Virus record (IMG/VR): IMGVR_UViG_3300024046_000025
Span: 13,511-77,510 of that record
From: a virus
Taxonomy: Duplodnaviria; Caudoviricetes
DNA: 64,000 bases
Reading direction: 5' to 3' (one strand)
A model generated the notes under the pieces. That model ran no database searches. It saw only the letters and a list, made by a program, of their open reading frames with translations, and had not been told where the DNA came from. This document shows, one piece after another, positions 24,628 through 33,756 of this stretch (the first letter of the stretch is position 1; each line of letters opens with the position of its first letter). Position numbers and translations under genes: made by a program.

Positions 24628-25545
24628 TCAGTCTGCGCGCCCGCCCATGAACCTGTCGTAGGTGTCGAGTGTCGCCTCTTCATCGAGATCGGCCATTTCC
24701 CATCTCGATGGTGCGTGGTCGGGATAGAGCAGCAGAGAGATCGCCATCTCGTTGCTCGGAGAAAAGACCGTCATCTCCCGGACCGGCTCGGTGCCGAGCC
24801 ATACGCCTGGCGCGTGCAGGATACCGTGCCGCCCGGTATCCGCATCGACTTCCCGCGCTGCAAGCGACCCGGCCGGCAATGCGATCACGGTCTGGCGGGC
24901 AGCGTAGTAGATCCGAGACCGGATGAGCGGACCGCTGGACCACGCCCAGTCGATGAAGCCGTCCTTGCTGACCACGATCATGGCCCGCTTGTCGGTTATG
25001 GTGAGCCATTTGAGGATCGCGGCGGTGAGCGATACCGCATAGCGATCGGCAAGCTCGGTCATGGTGTCGATGTCGACGTCCCGCCCTCTGATCTGTGCGC
25101 GGAAATCGTCGAGCGGCATCAGAAGGTAGGACGCGAAGGTGTTGGCCTCCGCCTCGATGGTGCCGCGCTCGGCGCTCCAGTCGCCCATGTTGCGGCTTGT
25201 GCACTGAAGTCCGCGAGGATGAGCGTGGCGGTGCAGCAGATAGTGACCGAGCTCATGGGCCAGCGTGAAATTCCGCCGACCGGGCGACCTGATCGTGTCG
25301 TTGTAGACGATTCCCCATTCGCCCGAGCCGTTCGGATGTGGCAGCAACATGCCCTCGACGCCCTTCGACAGCGCGGTTCCTTCCACCATGGTGATCGGCG
25401 CGTCCGGGAAAACCTGCCGCGAAAAGTCCTTGGCGACCGCTGCCACGTCGATCGGGAAGCGCGGCAGTCCATGGGCCTGCTGGACGACCGAGATCAATTG
25501 CGTGAGGCGGATCGCCCAGCCTTGTGGGGTCGTCGGGAAACTCAA
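24628..25545 (-). CDS. ImmA/IrrE-family zinc metallopeptidase
   Basis: RRNFTLAHELGHYLLH (HExxH) and EAEANTFASYLLMP; TTGA overlap with the XRE gene. Confidence 0.9.
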   Translation of the reverse strand: MSFPTTPQGWAIRLTQLISVVQQAHGLPRFPIDVAAVAKDFSRQVFPDAPITMVEGTALSKGVEGMLLPHPNGSGEWGIVYNDTIRSPGRRNFTLAHELGHYLLHRHAHPRGLQCTSRNMGDWSAERGTIEAEANTFASYLLMPLDDFRAQIRGRDVDIDTMTELADRYAVSLTAAILKWLTITDKRAMIVVSKDGFIDWAWSSGPLIRSRIYYAARQTVIALPAGSLAAREVDADTGRHGILHAPGVWLGTEPVREMTVFSPSNEMAISLLLYPDHAPSRWEMADLDEEATLDTYDRFMGGRAD

Positions 25546-25862
25546 TCCTTCTTCCCCCAGAGATCGATCATCTGGCTGATCTTCTCCTGATCCTCGGTGG
25601 TCAGCTTGCTGAATCTGCGGAAGAAGGCTTCCTTCAGCACTTCGTCACCCGGTTCGGCGCTGTCATCGAGGAGATAGTCGGTGGTGACGGACAGGGCCTG
25701 CGCAATGCGGGTCAGCTTTTCGGCCGATGGTTTTCGTGTGTCGCGGTTTTCGAGCTCCCAGATGTAGCTCTTGCTGGAGTCCGTCAGCTCGGCGAGCTTG
25801 TCGAGGGAGTAACCCTTTTCCTGCCGATGGCGCTTGATCTTTGCGCCGAGGGACGTGGTCAT
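25542..25862 (-). CDS. XRE-family HTH repressor, 106 aa
   Basis: LGAKIKRHRQEKGYSLDKLAELTDSSKSYIWELENR. Confidence 0.9.
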   Translation of the reverse strand: MTTSLGAKIKRHRQEKGYSLDKLAELTDSSKSYIWELENRDTRKPSAEKLTRIAQALSVTTDYLLDDSAEPGDEVLKEAFFRRFSKLTTEDQEKISQMIDLWGKKD

Positions 25863-25899
25863 CTGATCTTCCTTGCCTGCCTGCGCGGATGGAATCGCG

Positions 25900-25967
25900 T
25901 GTTCGATATGCCGAACAAAAAAGGTTCGCGCAAGTAGACAGCCCGTGATGTTCGATATATATCGAAC
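25900..25967. promoter_or_regulatory. Palindromic operators between XRE and the divergent operon
   Basis: TGTTCG-ATATGC-CGAACA (25900-25917) and the perfect 18-bp palindrome GTTCGATATATATCGAAC (25950-25967). Confidence 0.7.
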
Positions 25968-26025
25968 GATAGCGTATCGCTGCGCACCGATTCTCTCTCC
26001 TCCTCCGGCCAGGAAAGGGCCCTCC

Positions 26026-27258
26026 ATGACGTCGATCGCCGCCTTCTTCCGCAAGACCCCGGTAACCCGCCTGCAGGACTACTTCACCGCATGCGCATTC
26101 ACCTCGCTGCCGCACGTCGATTGGACGAAGCCCGAGGCGGAGGTCGTCGAGCCGTTGATCAAGGCGGTGGACGCCATGAACGAGGATGAGCGCCAGCGCG
26201 TCATTCTCGATGCGGGCCGCGTCGCGGCATTGGCCGATGAGCCCGGTCAGACCGCGCTCCAGAACGTGGTGGTCGACCGGGCGACGTTCGACACGCTCGA
26301 GGGAGCAAACAACCGTTCGCTCTGGGTGTTCCTGAATGAGAATGATCGGTTCCGTCTTGCCGAGGAGGTTCGCTACAACGATGAGCGCCGCCGGGGGCGC
26401 TCGTGGAACGGCTTCGAAGTCGAAAAGGACCGCTCAGTCCGGAAGGATCCCATCTCGGTGGCGGCTTTCACCGCGGCGATCCGGGAACGGTTCGAGACTC
26501 CCAATGTCCATGTGGACATCTTCGACCGGCACCGTGTCATCCTTGATGACCAGGAGTGCGAACTCGTTCAGGTGGCGATCTATCGGGAGGGCCGCCCCGA
26601 GGACATGCTGGGCTTCGACACCAACAGCAAGCTCGCCCGGCGCATCGTGCGGCCGGTCTTCGAAGCGGCGCTGACCTACGAAGCGGCCACGGGCGTGATC
26701 GAGGTCGTTGCCAACACGCGCGAGGATCGGGTGGACCTGACCCGGTTCATGGCGCGGGACCTGCTCGGTATCGAGTTCGCCGAGAAGCACATCCCCCTTC
26801 GCGAGTACGACCTGAACGTCCTGCTGAAGCCGTTCGATTTCCCGACCGACGTGGCGGACGGGATCGAGGGTGTCACGGTGAAGGAGCTGCGCTTCATGGA
26901 TCTCGGCGATCCCAAGGAGCGTGTCACGCTGGAATCGATGTCGGGCGCCGAACGCACGATCTGGGAGATGGCCAACCACCGGATCGGGCTGGATCTCGGT
27001 GGCGGGTCCGGGAGCTTGCACGCACCGGGACTCCTCGGCGAGGCTCCGGAGTGGCTGATCACCCGTGCACGTTTCACCATCAAGTTTCGGCCCGGACCCG
27101 ACGGTGGGCGCGGCAAATCCCTGACGCTCACCGTCACCATGCCGCATGGCTGCAACCTCAAGGACATGACGCCGCAGGAGCGCCTGATCGGCGAGAAGTA
27201 CCTGCGGCGGTGGGGTATCCTGAAGGATGACAGCGATGTCGGCGACTTCGTTGAATAA
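26026..27258 (+). CDS. Uncharacterised protein, 410 aa
   Basis: Long ORF with host-like codon bias; AGGA/AAGGG RBS; no family recognised. Confidence 0.8.
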   Translation: MTSIAAFFRKTPVTRLQDYFTACAFTSLPHVDWTKPEAEVVEPLIKAVDAMNEDERQRVILDAGRVAALADEPGQTALQNVVVDRATFDTLEGANNRSLWVFLNENDRFRLAEEVRYNDERRRGRSWNGFEVEKDRSVRKDPISVAAFTAAIRERFETPNVHVDIFDRHRVILDDQECELVQVAIYREGRPEDMLGFDTNSKLARRIVRPVFEAALTYEAATGVIEVVANTREDRVDLTRFMARDLLGIEFAEKHIPLREYDLNVLLKPFDFPTDVADGIEGVTVKELRFMDLGDPKERVTLESMSGAERTIWEMANHRIGLDLGGGSGSLHAPGLLGEAPEWLITRARFTIKFRPGPDGGRGKSLTLTVTMPHGCNLKDMTPQERLIGEKYLRRWGILKDDSDVGDFVE

Positions 27259-28180
27259 GGCCTCCATCGACCTGCTGTTCAAAGTACTGGAAGCTCGCGG
27301 CACACAGATCGCGGGCACCACGCTCACCGAATATTTTCCACGGGCGGCGGAAACACTGCTCGCTTCCGGTCTGCTGGCGGCACGCGGACAGGTCCCCGTT
27401 GTCGCGGCGATGGATGCCCACGAGGATGAACCGATCCCTGCAGTCTGGTCGTCCGAGCGCAAGGCGTTCGGATATCTCAACAGCGTCGGGCGCTGGATCG
27501 AAATCGCGGAAGGTGCGATCTCTGCCTATCAGGTCGATCACGCCCGCATGTTCGCGGCAATGCTCATGCCGTTCGAGCGGCAAGGAACCGCGAAGATCAC
27601 CCCGCTGATTCCCGAGCATCTCTGGGACATCGGTTCGATCAGGGTGGCCGGGGCCAGGACGCCGGTCCCCGTCTGGTTCGGCCGCCGCCTTGGCGATCCT
27701 CACGTCTGGTCTCAGGTCGGCGTCCTTGTGGGTCGTCGACCGGCAACCGAAAAGCGCATCATTCTCACCTCGACCCGCGGTGACCGTCTGCCTGCGGCGC
27801 CGGATCGTCGGCATGCCCTGGTGGCGGTCGAGGACGTGTTGGAGAGCCCGGATCGGTTGGCGATATCTCCGAGGGTTCTTGCCGCGCGGGTCTATCCAGA
27901 ACAGGCGCAACGGCGATACCCGATCGACCATTCCGACGACTTCGGTATTGTCTGGCTCAAGGACGAGACGTTCGAATTTCGCGGCGACAAGCATCGAAAG
28001 CTCCTCGAGCAGCTGTTCGACGCCTATTGGGCGGGGAAACCAGTGCTGCGTGTCATCGTGGCACTCGCGGAGGCCGGGTTCTCGGACAAGACGAACAGCC
28101 TGTCGAAAGCGTTCAGCGGGCGAGACGACTGGCAGAAGTTCATCCGACAATCTGAAGGGAATTGCTGGATCGAGGTCTGA
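27236..28180 (+). CDS. Uncharacterised protein (~314 aa) with possible C-terminal winged-helix domain
   Basis: Overlaps the previous gene; the C-terminal strand-helix-helix-hairpin pattern resembles OmpR-like wHTH (by eye). Alternative start 27227. Confidence 0.7.
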   Translation: MSATSLNKASIDLLFKVLEARGTQIAGTTLTEYFPRAAETLLASGLLAARGQVPVVAAMDAHEDEPIPAVWSSERKAFGYLNSVGRWIEIAEGAISAYQVDHARMFAAMLMPFERQGTAKITPLIPEHLWDIGSIRVAGARTPVPVWFGRRLGDPHVWSQVGVLVGRRPATEKRIILTSTRGDRLPAAPDRRHALVAVEDVLESPDRLAISPRVLAARVYPEQAQRRYPIDHSDDFGIVWLKDETFEFRGDKHRKLLEQLFDAYWAGKPVLRVIVALAEAGFSDKTNSLSKAFSGRDDWQKFIRQSEGNCWIEV

Positions 28181-28204
28181 TCCAAACCATTGGATTTTAT
28201 GAAT

Positions 28205-28230
28205 AAGGCCGTCCGGAAGGGCGGCCTTTT
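28205..28230 (+). terminator. Rho-independent terminator
   Basis: AAGGCCGTCC-GGAA-GGGCGGCCTTTT. Confidence 0.8.
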
Positions 28231-28245
28231 CGCATTTCCGGGGCA

Positions 28246-28286
28246 CCTACCGTTTCCCCTACCGCTGCCCTTCCGAAGCCCTACCA
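28246..28286 (+). repeat. Four helically phased CCTACC(G) direct repeats
   Basis: CCTACCG 28246, CCTACCG 28258, CCTTCCG 28269, CCTACCA 28280 (spacing 12, 11, 11). Confidence 0.7.
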
Positions 28287-28342
28287 GCCCCTCTGCGATC
28301 TTCACTCCCGCAGGTTTTCGCACAAACCCGAAGGAGGTTCAG

Positions 28343-28552
28343 ATGGCGCTCAGGCACCTGTCGCAGATCGAGCTGGCAGCTCGCTGGAACATTTCCCACC
28401 GCACGCTGGAGCGTTGGCGGTGGACGGGCGAAGGCCCGAAATTCATCAAACTCGGTGGTCGAGTCATCTACCGCCTCGAGGACGTCGAGGCCTTCGAGGC
28501 CGAACAGGTCCGCGGGTCGGAAACCGAGCCCCAGCGCCCGATGTCGGCGTGA
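28343..28552 (+). CDS. Excisionase/AlpA-like HTH protein, 69 aa
   Basis: LSQIELAARWNISHRTLERWRWTGEGPKFIKLGGRVIYRLEDV; AAGGAGG RBS. Confidence 0.85.
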   Translation: MALRHLSQIELAARWNISHRTLERWRWTGEGPKFIKLGGRVIYRLEDVEAFEAEQVRGSETEPQRPMSA

Positions 28553-28566
28553 GGGAGGTGGAGACG

Positions 28567-29052
28567 ATGATCCCCAACCGCCTCACGCTCGACGACCTGC
28601 GCACCCTGCAGATCCGCGAAATCGCGGCGTTGTCGGCCGAACAGCTCGCGTCGTTGCATGACGAAGCCGCCACGCAACTGCGTGCCGCGAAAACCCTCTG
28701 CGACTGGCTCGATGGGGCCATCGCTCTGAAATACGGCGACCGGGCGACGGAAGCGCGCCGGGCCGAGGGCAAGGATACCGGCACGATCCGCTTCGAGGAC
28801 GGCACGGTGACCGTCATCGCCGACCTGCCCAAGCGCGTCGATTGGGACCAGACGAAGCTCGCGGCGCTCGTCGAGCGCATCAAGGCCGATGGCGGGGATC
28901 CCGCCGAATACGTCGACATCTCCTTCGATGTTGCCGAGCGCAAGTATTCCGCCTGGCCCGCGCATATCCGCACGGCCTTCGAGGGCGCGCGCACGGTTCG
29001 GACCGGCAAGCCGCGCTTCCGCTTCTCCCTGAACGACGAGGTGACGAAATGA
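28567..29052 (+). CDS. Phage early protein (recombination-module coiled-coil protein), 161 aa
   Basis: LPKRVDWDQTKL...DPAEYVDISFDVAERKY pattern; position before the AAA ATPase; GGAGG RBS. Confidence 0.65.
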   Translation: MIPNRLTLDDLRTLQIREIAALSAEQLASLHDEAATQLRAAKTLCDWLDGAIALKYGDRATEARRAEGKDTGTIRFEDGTVTVIADLPKRVDWDQTKLAALVERIKADGGDPAEYVDISFDVAERKYSAWPAHIRTAFEGARTVRTGKPRFRFSLNDEVTK

Positions 29053-29345
29053 CCGCCCCGCACAAGCTGGGCCAGCTGTGTGAGCGCCACTACGGCCTCG
29101 ACAAGCTGCCCGAAACCGTCCGGATCCCCGCCCTTGGCAACCGTCGCAATGAAACCGCCAAGCCGGTCGAGACCGCGACGGTCGACGATCTGGCCTTCGC
29201 TCTCCTCGGCCTGAACGAGCGGGCATCCGCACTCTATCGCGAGATCGACGCGCTGCGCACCGTTCACGACGAGGCGCGCAAGGCCGGTGCGCTCGGCTCG
29301 GACATCGCGATCGACGCGCTGATCGCCGAAACGGGAGGGAAGTGA
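29049..29345 (+). CDS. Hypothetical phage protein, 98 aa
   Basis: Coupled on both sides (ATGA and TGATG). Confidence 0.6.
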   Translation: MTAPHKLGQLCERHYGLDKLPETVRIPALGNRRNETAKPVETATVDDLAFALLGLNERASALYREIDALRTVHDEARKAGALGSDIAIDALIAETGGK

Positions 29346-30235
29346 TGGCCCTTCCCATCATCGGCGCCGATGAGCGCCTCGCGCAGCGCAAGGGGATCAA
29401 GGGTGTCATCTTCGGGCGGTCCGGCATCGGCAAGACGTCGCTGCTCTGGACGCTGAACGCCTCGACCACGCTCTTCCTCGACCTCGAGGCCGGCGATCTC
29501 GCGGTCGAGGGGCTGGAGATCGACACGCTGCGACCCCGCACCTGGAAGGAATGCCGCGATTTCGCGGTGTTCATCGGCGGTCCGAACCCGGCGCTGCGCG
29601 AGGACCAGCCCTATAGCCAGGCGCATTTCGACGAGGTCTGCGGCCGCTACGGCGATCCGGCGGTGATCGGGAAGTACGAGACCGTCTTCATCGACTCGAT
29701 CACAGTGGCGGGGCGGCTCTGCTTCCAGTGGTGCCGCGGCCAGCCCGAGGCCACGTCGGAGAAGACCGGCAAGCCCGACATCCGCAGCGCCTATGGGCTG
29801 CACGGCCGCGAGATGATCGGCTGGCTGACCCACCTGCAGCACACGCGCGGCAAGCATGTCTGGTTCGTCGGCATCCTCGACGAGAAGCTCGACGACTTCA
29901 ACCGCAAGGTCTTCCAGCCGCAGATCGACGGATCGAAGACCGGACTCGAGCTGCCAGGGATCGTCGACCAGGTCATCACCATGGCCGACATCCCCGACCC
30001 GGGCGGCCAGCCGCAGCACGCCTTCGTCTGCCAGACGCTGAACCCCTGGCTCTATCCGGCCAAGGATCGCTCGGGTCGCCTCGACATGATCGAGGCACCG
30101 CATCTCGGCCGCCTCATGGAGAAGATCCAGCGCCCCGCGCGCCCGGCGTCCGAGCGCCTGTCCTGGCCGCCGTTGATCCCAGCCGATCCCGCGGCCGAGG
30201 CGCCATCCCACGCTCAATCCACCCTCCAGAACTGA
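29345..30235 (+). CDS. AAA-family ATPase (Sak4-like recombinase)
   Basis: Walker A GRSGIGKT, Walker B VFIDS, C-terminal AKDRSGRL. Confidence 0.85.
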   Translation: MALPIIGADERLAQRKGIKGVIFGRSGIGKTSLLWTLNASTTLFLDLEAGDLAVEGLEIDTLRPRTWKECRDFAVFIGGPNPALREDQPYSQAHFDEVCGRYGDPAVIGKYETVFIDSITVAGRLCFQWCRGQPEATSEKTGKPDIRSAYGLHGREMIGWLTHLQHTRGKHVWFVGILDEKLDDFNRKVFQPQIDGSKTGLELPGIVDQVITMADIPDPGGQPQHAFVCQTLNPWLYPAKDRSGRLDMIEAPHLGRLMEKIQRPARPASERLSWPPLIPADPAAEAPSHAQSTLQN

Positions 30236-30248
30236 AAGGAGCCGCGCA

Positions 30249-30872
30249 ATGTCCGGACCCTGGAACGACTTCAACTCCGCGCAATCGAATACCAACGTCA
30301 TCCCGAAAGGCACGCTCGCCAAGGTGCGCTTGACGCTGCGTCCCGGCGGCTTCGACGATCCCTCGCAGGGCTGGACCGGTGGCTGGGCGCGCCGGGCGGC
30401 TACCGGCGCCGTCTACCTCGACGCCGATTACACGGTGCTCGAAGGGCCCTATGCCCGGCGCAAGATCTGGTCGCTGATCGGCCTCTATAGCCCGAAGGGT
30501 CCGGACTGGGCGAACATGGGTCGCGGGCTGATCCGCGGGATCCTCAACTCGGCGCGCGGCGTGTCCGACAAGGACAACTCGCCCGAGGCGCAGGCCCGCC
30601 GCCGCATCAACGGGTTCGGCGATCTCGACGGGATCGAGTTCGTCGCCCGCATCGACATCGGCACCGACACCAACGGCGAGGACAAGAACGAGATCCGCGC
30701 CGCGGTCACCCCCGACCATCGCGACTACGCCGCGCTGATGGGCGCGGTCGCGCCGCAGCTCGCAGCCGCCCCCGCGCAGGGCCTCGCCCCGCAGCAGCCC
30801 GCGACGTCCTCCCAGCCCGGCCAGCCCGCTTCCGCCCCCGGCGTCGCCGGTCGGCCGAGCTGGGCGCAGTAA
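30249..30872 (+). CDS. Single-stranded DNA-binding-like protein
   Basis: Follows the Sak4-like gene; OB-like body with a disordered P/A/Q-rich tail ending in WAQ. Confidence 0.6.
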   Translation: MSGPWNDFNSAQSNTNVIPKGTLAKVRLTLRPGGFDDPSQGWTGGWARRAATGAVYLDADYTVLEGPYARRKIWSLIGLYSPKGPDWANMGRGLIRGILNSARGVSDKDNSPEAQARRRINGFGDLDGIEFVARIDIGTDTNGEDKNEIRAAVTPDHRDYAALMGAVAPQLAAAPAQGLAPQQPATSSQPGQPASAPGVAGRPSWAQ

Positions 30873-30886
30873 GGAGGAGACCGGCC

Positions 30887-32575
30887 ATGCGCCTGCGCCC
30901 CCGCCAGAAGACCTTCGTCGAGCGCAGCGTGGCTGCGCTCGCCTCCCACGGCAACACGCTGGGTGTGGCGCCCACCGGCGCCGGCAAGACCATCATGCTC
31001 TCGGCGGTCACCGGCGAGATGATCGGCAACGGGGCCAAGGCCTGCGTGCTGGCGCATCGCGATGAGCTGACGGCGCAGAACCGCGCCAAGTTCCAGCGCG
31101 TGGTGCCGGGCGTCGCCACCTCGGTGATCGATGCGACGGAAAAGTCCTGGGGCGGCCAGGTCGCCTTCGCCATGGTGCCGACGCTGGCGCGGGCCTCGAA
31201 CCTCGCCGACATGCCGCGCCTCGACCTGCTGGTCGTGGATGAGGCGCACCATGCCGTCGCCGACAGCTACCGGCGCATTATCGACCGGGTGCGCGAGGCC
31301 AATCCCGATGCCCGGATCTTCGGGGTTACGGCGACACCGAGCCGGGGCGACAGGAAGGGGCTGCGAGAAGTCTTCGACAATGTCGCCGACCAGGTGCGTT
31401 TGGGCGAACTGATCGCCTCGGGCCATCTGGTGCCGCCGCGCACCTTCGTCATCGACGTGGGCGTGCAGGACGAGCTGCGCTCCGTCCGCAAGACGATGTC
31501 GGATTTCGACATGGCCGAGGTGGCGGGCATCATGGACCGCGCCCCCGTCACCGATGAGGTGATCCGGCACTGGAAGGAGAAGGCGGGCGACCGGCAGACC
31601 GTGGTGTTCTGCTCCACCATCGCCCATGCCGGGCACGTCACCGAGGCGTTCAGGGCGGCAGGCATTTCCGCCGCGCTGATCCATGGCGATCTGGCGGCCG
31701 AGACCCGCAAGGCGCTCCTCACCAGCTATGCGGCGGGCGACATTCGCGTCGTCGTCAACGTGGCTGTGCTGACCGAGGGCTGGGATCACCCGCCCACCTC
31801 CTGCGTCGTGCTGCTGCGCCCCAGCTCCTACAAGTCCACCATGATCCAGATGGTCGGGCGCGGCCTGCGCACCGTCGATCCCGAGGAACACCCCGGTATC
31901 GTCAAGACGGACTGCATCGTCCTCGACTTAGGCACTTCGAGCCTGATCCACGGCACGCTGGAACAGGATGTCGATCTCGACGGCAAGATCGCATCGGGCG
32001 AAGCACCGACGAAGACCTGTCCTGCCTGTGAGGCGGAGATTCCGCTGGCCGTCACCGAATGCCCGCTCTGCGGCGAGGCGTTCCCGCGCGAAGATCCTGG
32101 CGCGGGCGAAGGTGGTGGCACCGCGCCGCTCTCCGGCTTCATGATGACCGAGATCGATCTCCTGAAGCGGTCCAGCTTCGCATGGGTCGATCTCTTCGGC
32201 ACGGACGATGCGCTGATGGCCACCGGCTTCACGGCCTGGGGCGGCATCTTCTGGTTGGACGGGGTCTGGTACGCGATCGGCGGGGCGAAGGGGGAACGCC
32301 CGCGACTGCTGGGCGTGGGCGAGCGCACGGTCTGCCTCGCGCAGGCGGACGACTGGCTCAACACCCACGAAAGCGACGAGAGCGCCTTCAAGACCCGCTC
32401 CTGGCTGCGGCAGCCGCCGACGGAAAAGCAGCTGCAATACCTGCCGCCCGAGTGCCGACACGACTTCGGCGTGACGCGCTATCGCGCCTCGGCGCTGATG
32501 ACCTTCGGCTTCAACAAACGGGCCGTCCGTCAGCTGATCGGTGCGGCGGCCGCTCCCGAACGGAGGGCGGCATGA
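30887..32575 (+). CDS. Superfamily 2 DEAH helicase with Zn ribbon
   Basis: APTGAGKT, DEAH, TAT, QMVGRGLR; CPAC...CPLC. Confidence 0.92.
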   Translation: MRLRPRQKTFVERSVAALASHGNTLGVAPTGAGKTIMLSAVTGEMIGNGAKACVLAHRDELTAQNRAKFQRVVPGVATSVIDATEKSWGGQVAFAMVPTLARASNLADMPRLDLLVVDEAHHAVADSYRRIIDRVREANPDARIFGVTATPSRGDRKGLREVFDNVADQVRLGELIASGHLVPPRTFVIDVGVQDELRSVRKTMSDFDMAEVAGIMDRAPVTDEVIRHWKEKAGDRQTVVFCSTIAHAGHVTEAFRAAGISAALIHGDLAAETRKALLTSYAAGDIRVVVNVAVLTEGWDHPPTSCVVLLRPSSYKSTMIQMVGRGLRTVDPEEHPGIVKTDCIVLDLGTSSLIHGTLEQDVDLDGKIASGEAPTKTCPACEAEIPLAVTECPLCGEAFPREDPGAGEGGGTAPLSGFMMTEIDLLKRSSFAWVDLFGTDDALMATGFTAWGGIFWLDGVWYAIGGAKGERPRLLGVGERTVCLAQADDWLNTHESDESAFKTRSWLRQPPTEKQLQYLPPECRHDFGVTRYRASALMTFGFNKRAVRQLIGAAAAPERRAA

Positions 32576-32578
32576 TCC

Positions 32579-32989
32579 ATGACCACCTCCACCCTGATCA
32601 CTGCCGAGGAGCGGCGGCGACTCTGGCATCCGCGTGGAACGCTCTGTGCTGTCTGCCGGCAACCCACCCATGGTTTTGGCTGGTCCGATCCGTTCCGGTC
32701 GAACCAGCCCCGGCCCTCGGTCTGGTTCTGCTCGATGTCCTGCCAGGGTTTCTGGACCCGCTTGGCGCGGCGGCGTGTCGCCATGGTTGACCTGACCGAG
32801 GAGGAACGTGCCGCCATCACCGCCACGATGAATCGTGTGGCGCTGCTGATGGACGAGATCGGCTGGGCGACCCCGCTCGCCGATCTGACCGAGGCGCAGG
32901 TGCGCGCGCTGATCGAGGAGGCCGTCGAGGGCTTTCGCGAGGCCATGTCCGATATCGCCCGGGCGCAGACGCCGGAGGTGCCGTTCTGA
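32579..32989 (+). CDS. Hypothetical phage protein with Zn-finger-like N-terminus (DUF6511-like)
   Basis: CAVC...CSMSC; C-terminal EVPF. Confidence 0.6.
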   Translation: MTTSTLITAEERRRLWHPRGTLCAVCRQPTHGFGWSDPFRSNQPRPSVWFCSMSCQGFWTRLARRRVAMVDLTEEERAAITATMNRVALLMDEIGWATPLADLTEAQVRALIEEAVEGFREAMSDIARAQTPEVPF

Positions 32990-33756
32990 TGCTGGATTTC
33001 AACCACCGCCCCAGCTTCGCAGACCGGGTCAATGTCGCTGTAGATCAGGCGCTGACCGCCGATCAGGCGATGCGCCCGTCGCGCGACTATCTCGGGGGCT
33101 CGCGCCTCGGCCATGCCTGCGAGCGCGCCCTGCAGTTCGAGTTCACCGCGACGCCGAAGGACGATGGCCAGGAGTTCACCGGCCAGGCGCTGCGCATCTT
33201 CGCCATCGGCCATGCGCTGGAGGATGTGGCGGTGGTCTGGCTGCGCGGCGCGGGCTTCGATCTCTATACGCGCAAGGGCCACCGTCCCGATGGCGGTCAG
33301 TTCGGCTTCTCGGTCGCGGGCGGGCGCATCCGCGGCCATGTCGATGGCATCATCGCCGCCGGACCCGAGGGCTTCGGTCTCGTCGTTCCCGCGCTCTGGG
33401 AATGCAAGACCATGAACGCGAAGAACTGGCGTGCCTGCGTCAAGGACGGCGTGACGAAGTCGAAGCCGGTCTACGCCGCCCAGATCGCGCTCTACCAGGC
33501 CTACATGGAAGGGACCGTCCCCGGCATCTCGGCCGCGCCCGCAGTGTTCACCGCAATCAACAAGGACACCGCCGAGCTTCATCACGAACTGGTCCCGTTC
33601 GATGCCGATCTCGCACAGCGCATGTCGGATCGAGGCGTGCGGATCCTGCAGGCGACCGACGCAGGCGAGTTTCTGCCGCGCATCGCCGCCAATCGCGACT
33701 TCTTCGAATGCCGCTTCTGCCCGTGGGCCGAACGCTGCTGGGGGCTCCCGGCATGA
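32989..33756 (+). CDS. Cas4-like / PD-(D/E)XK exonuclease
   Basis: GHVDGII, WECKT, QIALY, C-terminal CRFCPWAERC plus an N-terminal Cys (Fe-S staple). Confidence 0.8.
   Translation: MLDFNHRPSFADRVNVAVDQALTADQAMRPSRDYLGGSRLGHACERALQFEFTATPKDDGQEFTGQALRIFAIGHALEDVAVVWLRGAGFDLYTRKGHRPDGGQFGFSVAGGRIRGHVDGIIAAGPEGFGLVVPALWECKTMNAKNWRACVKDGVTKSKPVYAAQIALYQAYMEGTVPGISAAPAVFTAINKDTAELHHELVPFDADLAQRMSDRGVRILQATDAGEFLPRIAANRDFFECRFCPWAERCWGLPA

Noticed and set aside
25913-25927. GAAC-N7-GTTC as a LexA box
   Set aside because: It is an inverted rather than direct repeat and arises from overlap with the XRE-type palindromes; better explained as part of the repressor operator region.
32989-33756. Cas4-like protein suggesting a CRISPR locus
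   Set aside because: No repeat-spacer array or other cas genes seen anywhere in the window; solo Cas4-like exonucleases are normal in phage recombination modules.
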